In this document: piece by piece, positions 27,158 through 40,279 of the stretch
How positions within the stretch are numbered: the stretch's first letter is position 1
How the letters are laid out: each line of letters starts with the position of its first letter
Source of the DNA: Nemertoderma westbladi
Lineage: Eukaryota > Animalia > Xenacoelomorpha
Reading direction: 5' to 3'
NCBI GenBank assembly: GCA_032718475.1
Contig: JAUCBJ010007287.1
Location: forward strand, 1-64,000
Length of the DNA: 64,000 nt
The notes under the pieces: model-generated
The model's database searches: none
The model's input: the letters and a program-made list of their open reading frames with translations, nothing else
Told to the model about the DNA's origin: nothing
Program-made: the position numbers and the translations under genes

Positions 27158-28249
27158 ATGTCGGACCACCGCGATCCGAGAAGCTTCATTCTTCGAGGTA
27201 ATCCGCCCCCGTTTGACATCGAAACCGAGCGCCTCACCTGGGCGTTATGGCGCGACAAATGGGAGGCCTTCCTCGTCACCTCCGGCCTGGAGAACCTCCA
27301 CGAAGCCGACCCCGCCGCCCAACCCGACCCAGCTCTATCGGCAGTCCTCCTTCGCGCTACCCAGCGACAACGATGAGCCGCCCTCATGACCGCCTTTACG
27401 AGCGCCACCAATGCCGTGGTCAAGGGACTCGCCCTCACACCGGAGGAGATCTGTAATGCCACCACCGTCATTGATAGACTGGAAGTCCACATCAACGGCG
27501 GGACGAACGTCTGTGTCCACTGCCAGGAACTCTCCCGTCGCCAAAGACTCCCCAAGGAAACCCTGGAGACGCTCCTCGTCCACCTTCGCGACCTCGCCAC
27601 CAAGTGCCGGTTTGTCGCCCTCCCCACCGCGGAGGCGCACCTCAACGACCGGTTGCTCGACCAGTTCGTGGTGGGGTTCAACGACCACGAGGTGACGGAG
27701 CAACTCCTCCGCCTCGAGAATGGAGCGACCCTCTCTGACGCTCTCAGGCGGGCCCAATCCTTTTGGACGGCGTGGAAGGACGCCGCCTCCTTCAACACCA
27801 CCACCCCCGAGGCCACCGCATCCCGCAGCGTGGTGACCCACCCTGCTCCGACGCCGGGAGGCCGGCGCACCCACAACCGCCGCAACCAACTTCAACCGCC
27901 CACCCTCTGCCACCAGTGCGGATACACGCCGCACCCGGCTGGAAAGACATGCCCGGGAATAAAGGCAACATGCCACCACTGCGGCACGACTGGGCACTAC
28001 GACCGGATGTGCCCGACCAACTCCGGCGAACCACGCGCCCACGCTGCCACCGGTCCCGCCGACAACTTATGCACCACGGCGAACCGCGCTGAGGTGTGGT
28101 CCATCCTGGAGAACCTCCGGACCACCCAACCGCCCCCCAAAGCGCCGCGACTGGCCAACGGGTGCCACTCCGGGTGGACAGTGATTGGGATCTTCACTGC
28201 AACCCTCCAGTGCCCCGCCCTCCACACCGCCTGCACCACGGATGTGTGA
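27158..28249 (+). pseudogene. gag: Gypsy gag with two CCHC knuckles
   Basis: W..W...WEAF; CHQCG..H...CP...CHHCGTTGHYDRMC; in-frame TGA at 27374-27376. Confidence 0.85.
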
Positions 28250-28390
28250 GTCATCGACGGGCTGCAGCAGCCGCTACTGTCGAGGAAGGCCTGTTTCCTG
28301 CTGGCCATCCTCCAGAGCCCAATCCTCCATGGCGGCCGCTACTCCGATGGCCCAACTCCGCCCCCCGGCCGCACCCCACGGTCCTACCAG

Positions 28391-29900
28391 ATGATCGCGC
28401 CCCCGCTATCATCGCCCAGGGAGGAGGCAACCCCGCCGCCCCCGGAACCACCCACGCCGCCATCCATGGTGCCAACCAACACCAACACCGCGGCTTGGGC
28501 GGCCCTACAACAGCGTTTCCCCCACCCCCTATCGGGGAAATGCCGCGTAATGTCCGGGTGGGATATTACAATCAAACTCCACCCGGGCGCCTGGCCCACC
28601 AACTCCTACACGAACCGCGCCATCCCCATCAACCTCGAGGCCGCCTTCAACCGCGAGCTAGACGAGCAGGTCGCCATGGGAATCCTCGAGCCCGCCATGG
28701 ACGAGCGGAACCCCGGCGAGTGGCTCAGCCCCATGGTGGTCACCAAAAAGAAGGACGCCACCAAGGTGCGGATCACGGTAGACCTCCGGGAACTCAATAA
28801 GGCCACTGTACGTCCCACCTACTACTCCGCCGCTCCCTTCCAGGTCGTCTCTCGGCTCCCAACGTCTGCCCGCGTCTTCTCGGTGCTCGACGGCCTCAAG
28901 GGCTTCCACCAGGTCGGGTTGGACTCCTCCAGTCGCCGACTGACCACCTTTGTGACGCCACGAGGCCGGTTCCGCTACCGCCGGATGCCGATGGGTTGGC
29001 ATGGTAGCTCTGATGTCTTCAATGCCCGGATGGATAAAGCCCTCCGAGGAATCCCAAACATCGGAAGGATTGTTGAAGACATCATTATCTACACCGACAC
29101 GGCGGAGGAGCACTCCGAGGCGGTGGCCTGCGTCCTGGCCACCTGCGACGCCTCGTCGATCCCCATAAACACGGCGAAGGTCCAGTTCAAACAGGCCGAG
29201 GTCCGGTTCGGTGGCTACCTGGTCTCCCACAGCCGCTACCGGATCGACCCGACCCTCTCCGACGACCTCCGCTACTTCCCGGTCCCGACGAACCGCCGTC
29301 AGCTCCGCTCGTTCCTCGGACTCACCCAGCAGCTCGGGAACTTGACGGCAGAGATAACCCAACTCGTCGACCCGCTACGTTCGCTAAACTCAAACCTCAA
29401 CTCCTGGGTCTGGCTCCCCCAACACCAGGCTGCGTTCGAGGCGACCCGGTCAACCCTGTTGAGTCCGCACTACCTGTCGGGGTTTTACCCGGACACCTCC
29501 TGACTGAACGGCCTCGGGTTTCTCCTCCGCAAGTGGGACTCCGACGCCAACCGTTGGCGCACCGTCCAGTGCGGCTCGCGCACCCTGGCCACACACAAGG
29601 CCAACTGGTCGGGGATGGCGGAACTGGAGGCACTCGGCGCTGCGTGGGCGGCCCACAAGTGCCGCTACTTCTTCGACGGGCTCTGCCACTTCGAGCGGGT
29701 CACCGATAGCAGCCCCCTGATCCCCATCCTGAATGACCGCCAGTTGGACCAGGTCAGCAACGATCGGCTGCTGAAGTTAAAGACATTGATGTCGCGCTTT
29801 AACTTCACCGCCCGCCACCAACGCGGCAGTAAACACGTAATCGCCGATGCCTTCTCCCGCGCTCCCAGGAACTCCCCAACCTCCAACGACATCCTCCTCA
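28391..29900 (+). pseudogene. pol: Gypsy reverse transcriptase and RNase H (disrupted)
   Basis: WLSPMVV..K, RITVDLRELNK, LDGLKGFHQV, RMPMG, IVEDII (catalytic DD altered to ED), ELEALG..WA, ADAFSR. Confidence 0.9.
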
Positions 29901-29967
29901 CCCGGAAGACCATGCCGACCGGGAGTTTATCGTCTCCGCGGCCGTTGCCGCGTCCGCCGCCACCCCG

Positions 29968-31353
29968 TTGGTCGAATCTCGGGACGCGCGGCTCGACCAG
30001 ATCCGGGAGGCCGGGCAGCGCGACCCCGTGTACCGTGCGCTCCTCACCACCATCTGGGACGGCTGGCTGACGTCCAAACACAACGTCACCAACGACCAGC
30101 TGCAGCCCTACTTCCAGTTCCGCTCGGAGCTGATGGTGCACGATGGCATCATTCTCCTTGGGTCCCAGCTCTATATCCCCGTCGAACTCCATCCCGAGAC
30201 GCTCCGGCTACTCCATGCCGCCCACCAGGGACTCACTAAAACTCGGGAGAGGGCGTGTTGCTCCGTCTGGTGGCCCTCCATACCCAACGACATCAAACAG
30301 ACGGTCAAGCGCTGCCAACCCTGTCAGGCAGCCCTCCCATCGCACCCACCCAAGCCACTCCAACGGAACCGGGAAGCCACCCGCCCGTTCCAAAGAGTAC
30401 ACACCGACATATTTGTCCTAGACGGCACCAACTACCTCGTTGTGACCAACGAATTCACCGGCTGGCCCACCCTTTATAAACTCGGCCAGAACTCAACCTC
30501 CCCAGTAATAATCGACTGCCTCTGCCGCCTCTTCCTGGCCACTGCGGTACCGACCGTTATCCGTCCAGACAACGGGCCCCAGCTGGTGTCCGACGCCGTC
30601 CGGTCATTCCTGTCCGTCTGGGGTGTCCGACTTGAGCCCTCTACGCCCTATCTACCGCGCACCAACGGCCGCACCAAAGCGGCCGTCAAAGCACTAAAGA
30701 AGTTGGTCCGCGGGGCGCGCCACAACTCCGACGAGATCGCGAAGGGCATCCTCGCCTTCCGCAATACCTCGCGTTACGGCGGCCGCTCCCCGGCGGAACT
30801 TTTATACGGCCGCAACGTCAGGGAGGCCCTACCCGTCCACTTCACCGCGTTTGATCCCAAGTGGCAAAAGACCTTCACAGAGCTCGACGCCACATCCGCG
30901 ACCAATCAAAACCAGCTTGCGGCAAATTACGACCGCCACGCCCACAGCCTTAAGGCTATTCCGGTTGGGACACCAGTCCTCATCCAGGACCCGACAACCA
31001 AACGCTGGACTGGCCAGGGAACCATTGCTGAGGGCCTCGCCAACCACGACTACCTGGTCCGACAGACCAGTGGCCACGTACTCCGCCGGAACCGCGTTCT
31101 ACTCCGGCAGCGCCACTTCACTACGGGGTGCGCCACCCCGACCCCACCACAGGGCGACCCCCCTCAACCAGAGACACCGAGGCAGCCAGTGGCACCTCCG
31201 ACACCGGCTCTACCACAGCCAATGTGGGCTGAAATGGCCGCCAGGCCACAGCCAGCCCCACAACCGGTTATCCCTCCGATCCAGACTAGGTCGGGGAGAA
31301 TAATAAAACCGCCCTTACATTACTCGAACAGCGAGTATAACAAAGTAGAGTAA
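29968..31353 (+). CDS. Gypsy integrase
   Basis: H..HQG...VWWP...C..C; PDNGPQ; NGRTKAAV (catalytic E apparently changed to K). Confidence 0.85.
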   Translation: MVESRDARLDQIREAGQRDPVYRALLTTIWDGWLTSKHNVTNDQLQPYFQFRSELMVHDGIILLGSQLYIPVELHPETLRLLHAAHQGLTKTRERACCSVWWPSIPNDIKQTVKRCQPCQAALPSHPPKPLQRNREATRPFQRVHTDIFVLDGTNYLVVTNEFTGWPTLYKLGQNSTSPVIIDCLCRLFLATAVPTVIRPDNGPQLVSDAVRSFLSVWGVRLEPSTPYLPRTNGRTKAAVKALKKLVRGARHNSDEIAKGILAFRNTSRYGGRSPAELLYGRNVREALPVHFTAFDPKWQKTFTELDATSATNQNQLAANYDRHAHSLKAIPVGTPVLIQDPTTKRWTGQGTIAEGLANHDYLVRQTSGHVLRRNRVLLRQRHFTTGCATPTPPQGDPPQPETPRQPVAPPTPALPQPMWAEMAARPQPAPQPVIPPIQTRSGRIIKPPLHYSNSEYNKVE

Positions 31354-33121
31354 CCCGTAACTCCGCAATAAATTGTTTATAAACTATTTGTTTTGAGGCG
31401 CTACGCCAACCCCACTGCACCTAAAGAGGGGTATGTGTAGTATCACCATAAGCCCTACGCCTATGGCCAGCTAGATGGCGTAGCTATCTTGGTATTATTA
31501 TGTTATGTTTTATGATTTCGGTACATCCATCCTGATTATACAGCAGTACATACGTACTACGGCTTTCTGCATTGCTGTACCCTGCCCCCCTGATTAGTCA
31601 AGTATCAAATTTAAACATTCACGATTTTTTGCTTCAATTGAAATTCTACATACAGGCGTGCGACATGATGGTAGGCCAGTAGCGGCGGGTGTGTACTTTA
31701 ACGACCCCCCAACAACAGCCAGAAAAGTTATTCAAGAAAGATCGATCGTTGGGGAGACAGAGGGTGGGGGGGGGGGGGGTGTAATTTGACCCATCTCGGC
31801 GAATTCATATTTCGTCTCAATGTTAAATTAAAATTTAAGGGAAATGAGCGGGTTGCAATTGCACATTATTTTAACCAAAACAATAAATTAAACACAATAA
31901 ACAGGTTACAGTTGTATTTTTAGAAGTAATCAGCTGTTATTTGCGTAGACTTTACCCTGGAGGGGTATAAAAAGTAAAACTTTTATTCGGCCGTTAGGCA
32001 AAGGATTACGTGAAAACTGCAAAGTCAGGCGACTTACTTCCAGTGCGGTCTCCCCAGAACTATACTCCCCAGAGGAAAAGCCAGTACTCATTTAGCTACC
32101 ATTTAAGGATGCAGGCAAAAATGCGCCCTTGTTATACCCGCTTTTTATTCCGGTGAAAGTCCCCTTATCTGTAGTTGGGAAATAAATCTGAGAAAGAGCT
32201 ATAAAATTTACGATGTTACACCCTACAGTATATAATTACAAAATTATGAATAAATGTATTGCTCTACTGCAGAAAGGCCACATATGATATGGCACCATTA
32301 AAATTGAATGACTGAAATAATAGTCATAAAATAAGATTACTGAAATAATGTCTACAATAAGTCATATTCGTTGAATTAAACAGTATCAATACAGTATAGG
32401 AATCAAATAGTGATTAGAATACACCATAACCCTTAATACAACATCCATTTTTAGGGGGTCGGAGGCCCCCCCCCCCAAATTTTTTTCAAATTTCAATAAA
32501 ATGCTACGATATTTGGTATGATAATAGATCGACACCTTTTCTTAATGGTGGCCTGGCCGGAATTTTTAATTTATGAGCAATTTCGATACAACAAGCCGTT
32601 AAAAATCGTCTATTTCGCAATATTTTGCCACCTCTATTGGCTTTATTTTTCGTCTTTGGAGTGAAATCTAGATATCATTACATCCGCCTTCATCTGCAGA
32701 TTCTGAATCTGAAACCCGTTCAAAATTTCACCAAGAACTTCCGGAGATATTATTAAAATACTAAGGTGTAAATTTTTGAGACGTAAATCGCTATAATTCT
32801 AATGTTTTTTTTACTAAATTCTAGAATATTAATTATGGGTAATGAAAAAACAAGATGGAGAGTTTTAAGCGCGCACCTAAATAATAATTGATATTCTAGA
32901 ATAAAGACAACAAAACATCAGAAATATTGCAATTTACTTCTCTGAATTTACACATTAGTATTTTGATAATATCTTTACCAATTGTTTGTTAAATTTAAAA
33001 CGGTTTACAGATTCGGAATCTACAGACAAAGGCGCTTCGAATGATATCTAGATTACATTTCAAAGACGTAAAATAAAGTCTACGGAGGTGGTTAAACATT
33101 GCTAAATACTACTACTACTAG

Positions 33122-34312
33122 TGTTCGCGCTTTTAGACCTTTAGCAGTTTAACCCGCTAATTTTAGGTGTCTTCTAGTTTTAGTTTATAAATCGACTTTA
33201 GCTTATAACAAGTATTTGTTACATATACGATATAAAGTTACACTAGCCGAAACCAGCCTATGCGCGACCATTCACCCACGGTTAAGGGAGACTGGATTCG
33301 GAGGCTCTGACCTTATTGCGGTGTACGCTTACTGTACTATTCGATTGATCGTTAAGATATAATCTCTGACAAATATTATTTACTTTTGGGAAATATTAAC
33401 AGTTCCTTTTGGACGTGGCGCTCTAAGTATATAAACAGAGTTATGGCTTACACTAAACACAACGGGATGGCTAATGATTTTTGTATAAAGCGCATTCTTT
33501 AGGAAATGCTTTGTTATCAGTCATACTCATGCACACTACCGCACATTGCTGCACACTGATCTGCCGACCTTCACTAAATTTGATCATATATAAGGATAAT
33601 GGCAACCGACACATGTAGGTATTATGAAATAGCATTCAATTCACTTCAAAACCACTATAATGTAAGTCGCAGTTGCTACAGGTAACTGGTCCCTCTTACC
33701 TTCAGTATATCAAGAAGATTGGGGTGTTATGATTATTTATCAATATTCTCCAAATATAACAACATATTCATCAACTTCTATCAATTAATAACCAACAGTA
33801 AATAGCAGTAAAATAATGCGGTGAGTCTGTTGCTCGGTTTGATATGTAAACAACTACTGCTATGAGTTGGCTAGTAAGTAAGATAACAGTTATACGCTTC
33901 TATAATCAAAGCCGTCGAATGTTTGGTTAAAGTCTGAAACTAAGAATAATTCCAAAGCCGATGTTCTGGGCTCAGGAAAAAGGTAAACACAACTACTGCT
34001 GACATACACAGACTTGCTCGGTTTACATAGCTCTTTTCCAAAAAAAATGAAAATCGCTCTGATTGGCTGAGCCTAGCTGAGCCGAACAAAGAACACAGAG
34101 CACAAGGGAAAGTTCCACGTCAGCAAATCAGCTGACAGATTTCGTCATCTGAACTACACTGTATTAAGAGTATTTTGACGCATTGCGGCATAAAATGGCT
34201 TGTTATGTCCGCTAAGTACACATACAGAAAAATGGCTTTTTATGTCCACTAAAAACAACTACAGAGTACTTTGCGGGAAAAATGATTAGTGATAGCCGCA
34301 AAAGCTTTTACA
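33122..34312 (-). repeat. 3' LTR of the giant BEL/Pao element
   Basis: TGTAAAAG...GCGAACA on the minus strand, preceded by PPT-like GGGAGCGG (34313-34320); about two dozen substitutions versus the 5' LTR, counted by eye. Confidence 0.95.
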
Positions 34313-34390
34313 CCGCTCCCAGAAAATGGGATTGAATTCTATAAAATATAAAAAATCACAGTTTCTAAAATATAAAAATACTCTAAACAG

Positions 34391-37300
34391 TTAGTCTTTC
34401 TTGCGCGGACGGCGTTTACGCAGTTTTTTGAGGCTAGCAAGAGTCCTTTTCTCTTTGGGCGAGCCACTTTACTAGGAGGGCTATAACTCCTGGGTGAAGG
34501 GTGCAATACAATTGCATCAGAAGGTTTAGGATTATGGTCGGTGTATCCGCCGGTCGAGGTACCTGGTTGATCGATTTCAACCTCAGTGGAGCGAGGTCAA
34601 ACGGCCTTTAGAGCGCGTTTCAGGACAGCAGCTCTTACTGGTCCCTGGCGAGTCGTCTGAACGAGAGCAGTGGGTGGACCATGGGTAGTGAGAAACTTCC
34701 TCGGTTTAATGGTTCTCTCCAACTCTCGTTCTCGGGCACGATATTCGTAGGGCTGTCGATGCACTTCCTGTAACTCTGGATGCGAGTTGATAAACAAATC
34801 GCCATATTCCGGATCTTGACGGATGAAGTTGATCAAATTATATGAATTAATATCATTAGGATTAATGTTCCTGAGATATTTACGAACAAATTTGGTTGAA
34901 ATACACTCACCAACACGCTTCATTAGTTCGTAACTCGGTGTGCGTGATTTTTGTTCAACAGACGCGAATAGATACGGGTGGAACGCATAAACTCCTTCGT
35001 AGGCGCGTCCAGGGTAATAGCGATGGCGTGACTCACAATGTAAATCCGCATTCGCTTCCCAAGCGCGGATGTAGCGTAGGGTAATCATCTCATCTACGCT
35101 TTCCAGATCGCGGCTAAAAGGGCAATCAAAACTGGCATGTCCTATAAGTTGACAATGATGGCATTGAGTCATAAATTTGGGGCAGACTGCGAAAATGTGC
35201 AAGTTATTGAGTCTGCAATACACACAATAGATCTCCATCGCCGGTTGTTCATGGAAATAAGAGCAAAGTATGTCGGAGTCCATAGGGGTGAAATGATCTC
35301 TCGATGCGCATAATCGGCAACGTTTTCGAGAGATATAGTTGGCATGCCAATAGTCGTATGCGGTGAGACACTGTGGACCTTGATACCATTCCAAGACATA
35401 GTCGTTGTTGCTGCTCCGGGGCTCTGTAGGCTGAATCTCCTCTGATTCTAAGCATATTGGTTCGTCTTCCAGTTGCATAGCTGAGGTAGGTGTGGCTGTC
35501 TCTTCAAGCAAACCTGCTGTCTGAACTTCCACGATAGAATAACCCGTGGGGATTTGAGGTCTTTGTATAATAGAGGAATGTAAGTTCTGTATACAAACAT
35601 CCTGGAAAATGGCAAATCCAGCGCTGTTTAACTTCTCAGCAGCTGAGTCTCTTAGGCTGAGCTTAGTCAGAGCGCGGTCCTTGAACTGACTATCAACGTT
35701 ACGGAACGGAGTCAGAAAGCGCCTGAAACATTCGAAGCGGATGAATTTATTGTGTTCATCTAGCTTGGCGAGTTTGGTTCCAAGTATTAAGGGATGGGCG
35801 CGTATAGTACGACTGCACACATCGGCTAGCCAACCGGCAAGTGCGGCGTTTTCAAAGATCGTGTATATAGCTAAGGAGGGACGAAGTGGAACACTCATGA
35901 AGCTATACACGACACCAGGTGTGGTCAATGGTCCGTCAAAGTATAATCGAGAATAATGGTCTCCATATACTTGTTGATAGTTGATAGGATTTCCGACCTT
36001 GAAATTCCATCCGTATTCTTGAAAGGCAAGATGTCCGATGGAGGTTCGTTGTACTTTAGTAATGCCGCTGGGTGTATTGGCATACATAGTGCGGAAGAAA
36101 CCTCGGCCTTCTGCCCAGGGAGCAATCAGCTGAGTATCTACAAAAGGATATGGGATATTCTCCATGTTCCTAAAGTCGTTTTGGAGATCTCCATAAACAG
36201 CTGAGCCGATTTTAAGGATTCTTTCGTTAAACAACATCTCGAGAACGGGCTGGGGTAGCATAGATCCATCTATACCCATGGCCTGTTTGCGCTCGGTATC
36301 GGTAACATAACGCTGCGCGAGTTCGAATTGTCCATGTCGGAGTTTCTTTTGTATCTCGTGAGGGTCTCAAAAGAATAATCAATCACGTCGGAACACGCTC
36401 GAGTAAATACGTGGGTAGAACCAGCTAGTCCTCGTATATGTATCATGCGCGTAGTTCCAAGTTCTCCAACTGGAACGCTACCTTCGTTATCGTAAGTGAC
36501 AACTCCATACATCTCTATAACGTTAAGAGTTTCGTTCCACTCTTTAGTGGCGTTTTCTAGGGTCATTCCCACTGGATGCCACAAGGTAGCGCATTCGCTA
36601 GCGTTAGGTAGATCTCTATACTTCAAATACTGTATATGGAGATGTTTCTACATCTCCATATCGTTGTATTCTTTCCTCCTCGAATAACACGTCGAGATTC
36701 CAGTGGACTAATCGAGTTTTGATAAATTCATCAAGATTATATGGAGGTGTTACATCCTTCTCTATTCTGGAAACATTATAGGGTTTTCGGAATGAGTTTG
36801 CTTTCACTAACTGATCTAGATGTTTCTGCAGTTGTTCGAGCTCGACGAGATCGAGAGGATTTATTAGTGGGAGGAACCTTAGACTATGTGTAGGATCTTC
36901 CGGTTTTACCATATAATATTGAGTGAGATTGACATAATAAGGGTGGTCTTTGATCCCATAAAACGAGTTCGGTAAAGGTCTAGCGCGTATGTTGACCTCG
37001 TGTACCATACGACGGACAAGATCCGCTCTATTGTCCGGAGGTTCAACGATTATACCGTCGACACGAGCGGCTTTGATTGGCGGACGTTGCAACATAGGAG
37101 CGTCAGCGATAAGATCTCGAGATCTTAGGTTGATATCAACCGGTTGAGGTTGTGCCGTGGCGAAGAGTTTGTCTCCGAAATGGGGAACCATCAAAGGATG
37201 AATGATGGTTTTGGAATAGAGATCAGTCATAAGAATTTGAGCTTCTGGTTGGGCTAAAGCTGCTTCTTCTCTCTCATCCATTTCTATGTGTTTCTCTTCG

Positions 37301-38643
37301 ATCTGACTTTCCTCCGCTTGTCGTTGTAAATGCTCGTCTAGGAACTCTTGTAGAGAATAGGTTCGTCAAAGTTCGATGTCTTCCTCGAGATTCTGGATTT
37401 CTCGATTGAACTGGGGTAAAGCTAGTTCCTTCACCGCTTGGACTTGCTGCTGCAATTTGCGTTTTTCTAAACAATCGTAAGTTCCTTTTCCGATCTTTTG
37501 CCGAATAGCATCTAACGCGTTTCGTACAACGCTCTCCTCAACTTCGGTGACAGGTTGTATCGGGGTTAAACCGGGACGATTGTAAGGGTTGAACGGTGAT
37601 CTTATATGCCCGCATCCCAATCCGGTTAGGTAAGAAGGGCGAATACCTAGCGAGCCCACTACCGGAGTGCCACCGATTAATTGTTCGGGTAACACAAGAT
37701 CTTTAAATAGTGAGTACAGTTCAGGGGGATCCGTTATACTATTAGGATCAAGCGTTTGAGGTCTCACTAAGGAATGAGGAGGTCTGACCGAGTATTCCGG
37801 AACTCTGATCATGGGTTTATTTAAGGATCGTTTGAGTCGAGCGAGTGTAGGTGATACGTCGAACAAGTTTCGCTCGAAACTCCCATAGGTATAATGAGTA
37901 AAACTGTGTTTAGCGCAACGTCTCCGCGGATGTTTATGTCTTTCCGTTTGCTGGTTGGGTCTAGGGCATTCATCACAATAATACCAAAGACGCACGTCCT
38001 GCAGGGGAAACGCGGGTGATTTTTCTCCAGTTTTACAATATTCTTCCATCTGTTCGAAGCTATCTGGGACGACAGGTAGCGGTCGATCGGCGGTAAGATA
38101 CATCATTGTGAAATAGAGCCTTTTGAGTTCCATCGTAGGGTCATGATTTATACCTTGAGGATATCGAGTTTCTAGATTTTGTTGACTGGCTATATTGAGA
38201 TAGGTTTCTCTCAAGAATTCCAGATAATCGTTGAAGTCGTTGCGTTTATCCGGTTCTTCAACGTTTTCTCTTTCGAGTCGGTTTCGAATAGAGTTCTCGT
38301 GTTCTATTCTCGGTTTATCGTTCCGACTCCGCTGGGTATGATATTTAAATAAAACCATTTCCCTTTCGGTGTCTATATCGTCCGTATCGTGTAGGTCGAT
38401 AGGGTGGCCAGTAGTTAAAAAGTCCATATATGTACCATTACAATGCGTGTAGCGAGCGGTGAATTTTCTATAGTCCAATTCACGCGTGAGTTGCTCTTGG
38501 GACATTGGCGGTTCGATATAATGACCATCGTCCTCAGTAGTAGTTGGACTAGCGTCGCTGCGTATTAAGCTATCAACAAACGCTTGTAACGGTAGGGTAT
38601 ATCGTTACCTGATACCAAGATCATCTTCTATTAACTCAGTCAT
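34391..38643 (-). pseudogene. Accessory ORF2 (~1,400 aa reconstructed): unknown N-terminus, DEDDy 3'-5' exonuclease, CCHC zinc knuckles, basic tail
   Basis: Listed ORFs join through in-frame stops (38605, 37366, 34597) and frameshifts (~36630, ~36362). Motifs VVTYDNEG, LPQPVLEMLFNERILKIGSAVYGD, FVDTQLIA, SIGHLAFQEYG, PLRPSLAIYTIFE; knuckles CVYC.....H....C and CHHCQLIGHASFDC. Confidence 0.8.
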
Positions 38644-40279
38644 AGCTGCTATATGAGTTTATCAATATTATAATTAGTTATAATTAGGCTAGCGGGCGTC
38701 GCTGCCTACCACTCACGGCCCCCGGACAGCGCAAAATCCTCAGCGCCGGTGTACCGTCGTCGCTGTGTTTTTTGCCAACATAGTAGCTACACAACGACAA
38801 CGATAACCAGCGCGAGTCACTCCACTGTCCGTCCCAAGGGCTTGGATTTACTTCAGGTTCTTACTGCAGAGGTAGGGCTACTTTCACAACTGCGACTCAC
38901 TACTGTAAACACACTTTAGTAGTAACATTCACCTATAAACGCACAAATTCCACACAACTGTCACAAATTGTACACATTTGGGCCATTTGTCCGTTAGTCA
39001 AGTGCCTTCCAGAATGCCACGTTGTTATTATGTATCCTTGGATACTAGCAGTGTGCTATTTATTCCCCTATGCTATAAAATGGGGCAAGCTTTCTATTGT
39101 TCTTTTAACTCGCTTCTAATTCTAGCGTGGTTGTTGCTATGGTGACATTATGGAAAGCTAGCAGTAGAATTAGGGTAATTCTCATGCATACAGATCTGGG
39201 ATGCTATTTAATAGTAATTCTTTAATTGTCAATATCCCTCTTTATATATGATTTTATGAATTTTATCGGCTATTGACTATATATTGGAGATTCTCGCACA
39301 CTAATACACTTAATAGGGTGAATCTCCGCTCCCATGATCTATTAATTAATGGAATTTTGGGAATGTTATAAATTGTATAAAATAACAATTTATCAAATTT
39401 ATTAAATAGATGAATTTATATTTATTCCCGTAAATTTTATTATTTATCCTTAAAACAGACCTGATTTTATTCCAGAGCATATCTGGGGACTAGGATCCTT
39501 AATTCTAGGAAATTTGTCTTTTTAAGAGTATCGGTAAGTGCTACAATATCTTAATCGACTAGAATTTTAAAAGATCTGTTTTTGACAGATTTTTATAAAT
39601 ATTAAATAATTAATATTTAAGATGGGCACCGAATTATTCCAGAACTTGTCTGGGGACGTTAACCACTGATTCTAGAATTTTGTCTTTCAAGTATGTCGGT
39701 GGGTGCCGCGATATCTTAATCGACTAGAATTACAGATGGTCAAAGGGTTTAACAGATTTATTTTGCGTTTTACGCTACTGTTAAAGGGACATCAAGCTAC
39801 TATATTTATTATTTTAATATACGGTATGAGAGCAATATCGCACGAAGCAATGTCAGTGAGAAGAGGCAAGTCGTTTCCAAGGTCTACCCAGAGCTTGGTT
39901 TAGCCGAGACACGAGGATCTGAACTTTGCATTCCTAATACTCTGCTTACCAATAATACTTGATATAGTAGGAGCTTTATTGTACTTTAATAAGTACGGAT
40001 ATTTCATCTTACTGTAGTCACGTATTTATAATATGATACGGACAGTAAGGAAAGAGAAAAAAGAATAATTTCTTGCCGTCGCACTAAATATATAATATAC
40101 GTAATTAAGTAATAAGACTAATATATTGCACTAATCTACTAAATAATCGCTAAAATAACATTCTACTAAATAAAATTAAAGAAAAACGATTATAATAAAA
40201 TTACATAATAGTACATACAGAAATATAAAATAATAAAAATATATAAAATAATATAGTCGCACACCCACTCCAAACGCTG

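Larger units (their letters stand above)
26919..31600 (+). mobile_element. Full-length Ty3/Gypsy (Mag-like) LTR retrotransposon
   Basis: 167-bp LTRs 26919-27085 and 31434-31600 (TG..CA, about 7 mismatches); 5-bp TSD AGTAT; PBS TGGCACAG at 27086; PPT AAAGAGGGG; gag-PR-RT-RH-IN order. Confidence 0.95.

Noticed and set aside
27079-30192. Long antisense and alternative-frame ORFs in the Gypsy element
   Set aside because: Expected by-product of high GC; no recognisable motifs.
35080-35330. Nanos-type zinc finger in ORF2
   Set aside because: The spacing fits CX2CX4-5HX4C knuckles, not the nanos pattern.
34597-38505. env gene or a host gene cluster
   Set aside because: No signal peptide or transmembrane anchor; intronless, inside paired LTRs, and joinable into one ORF.
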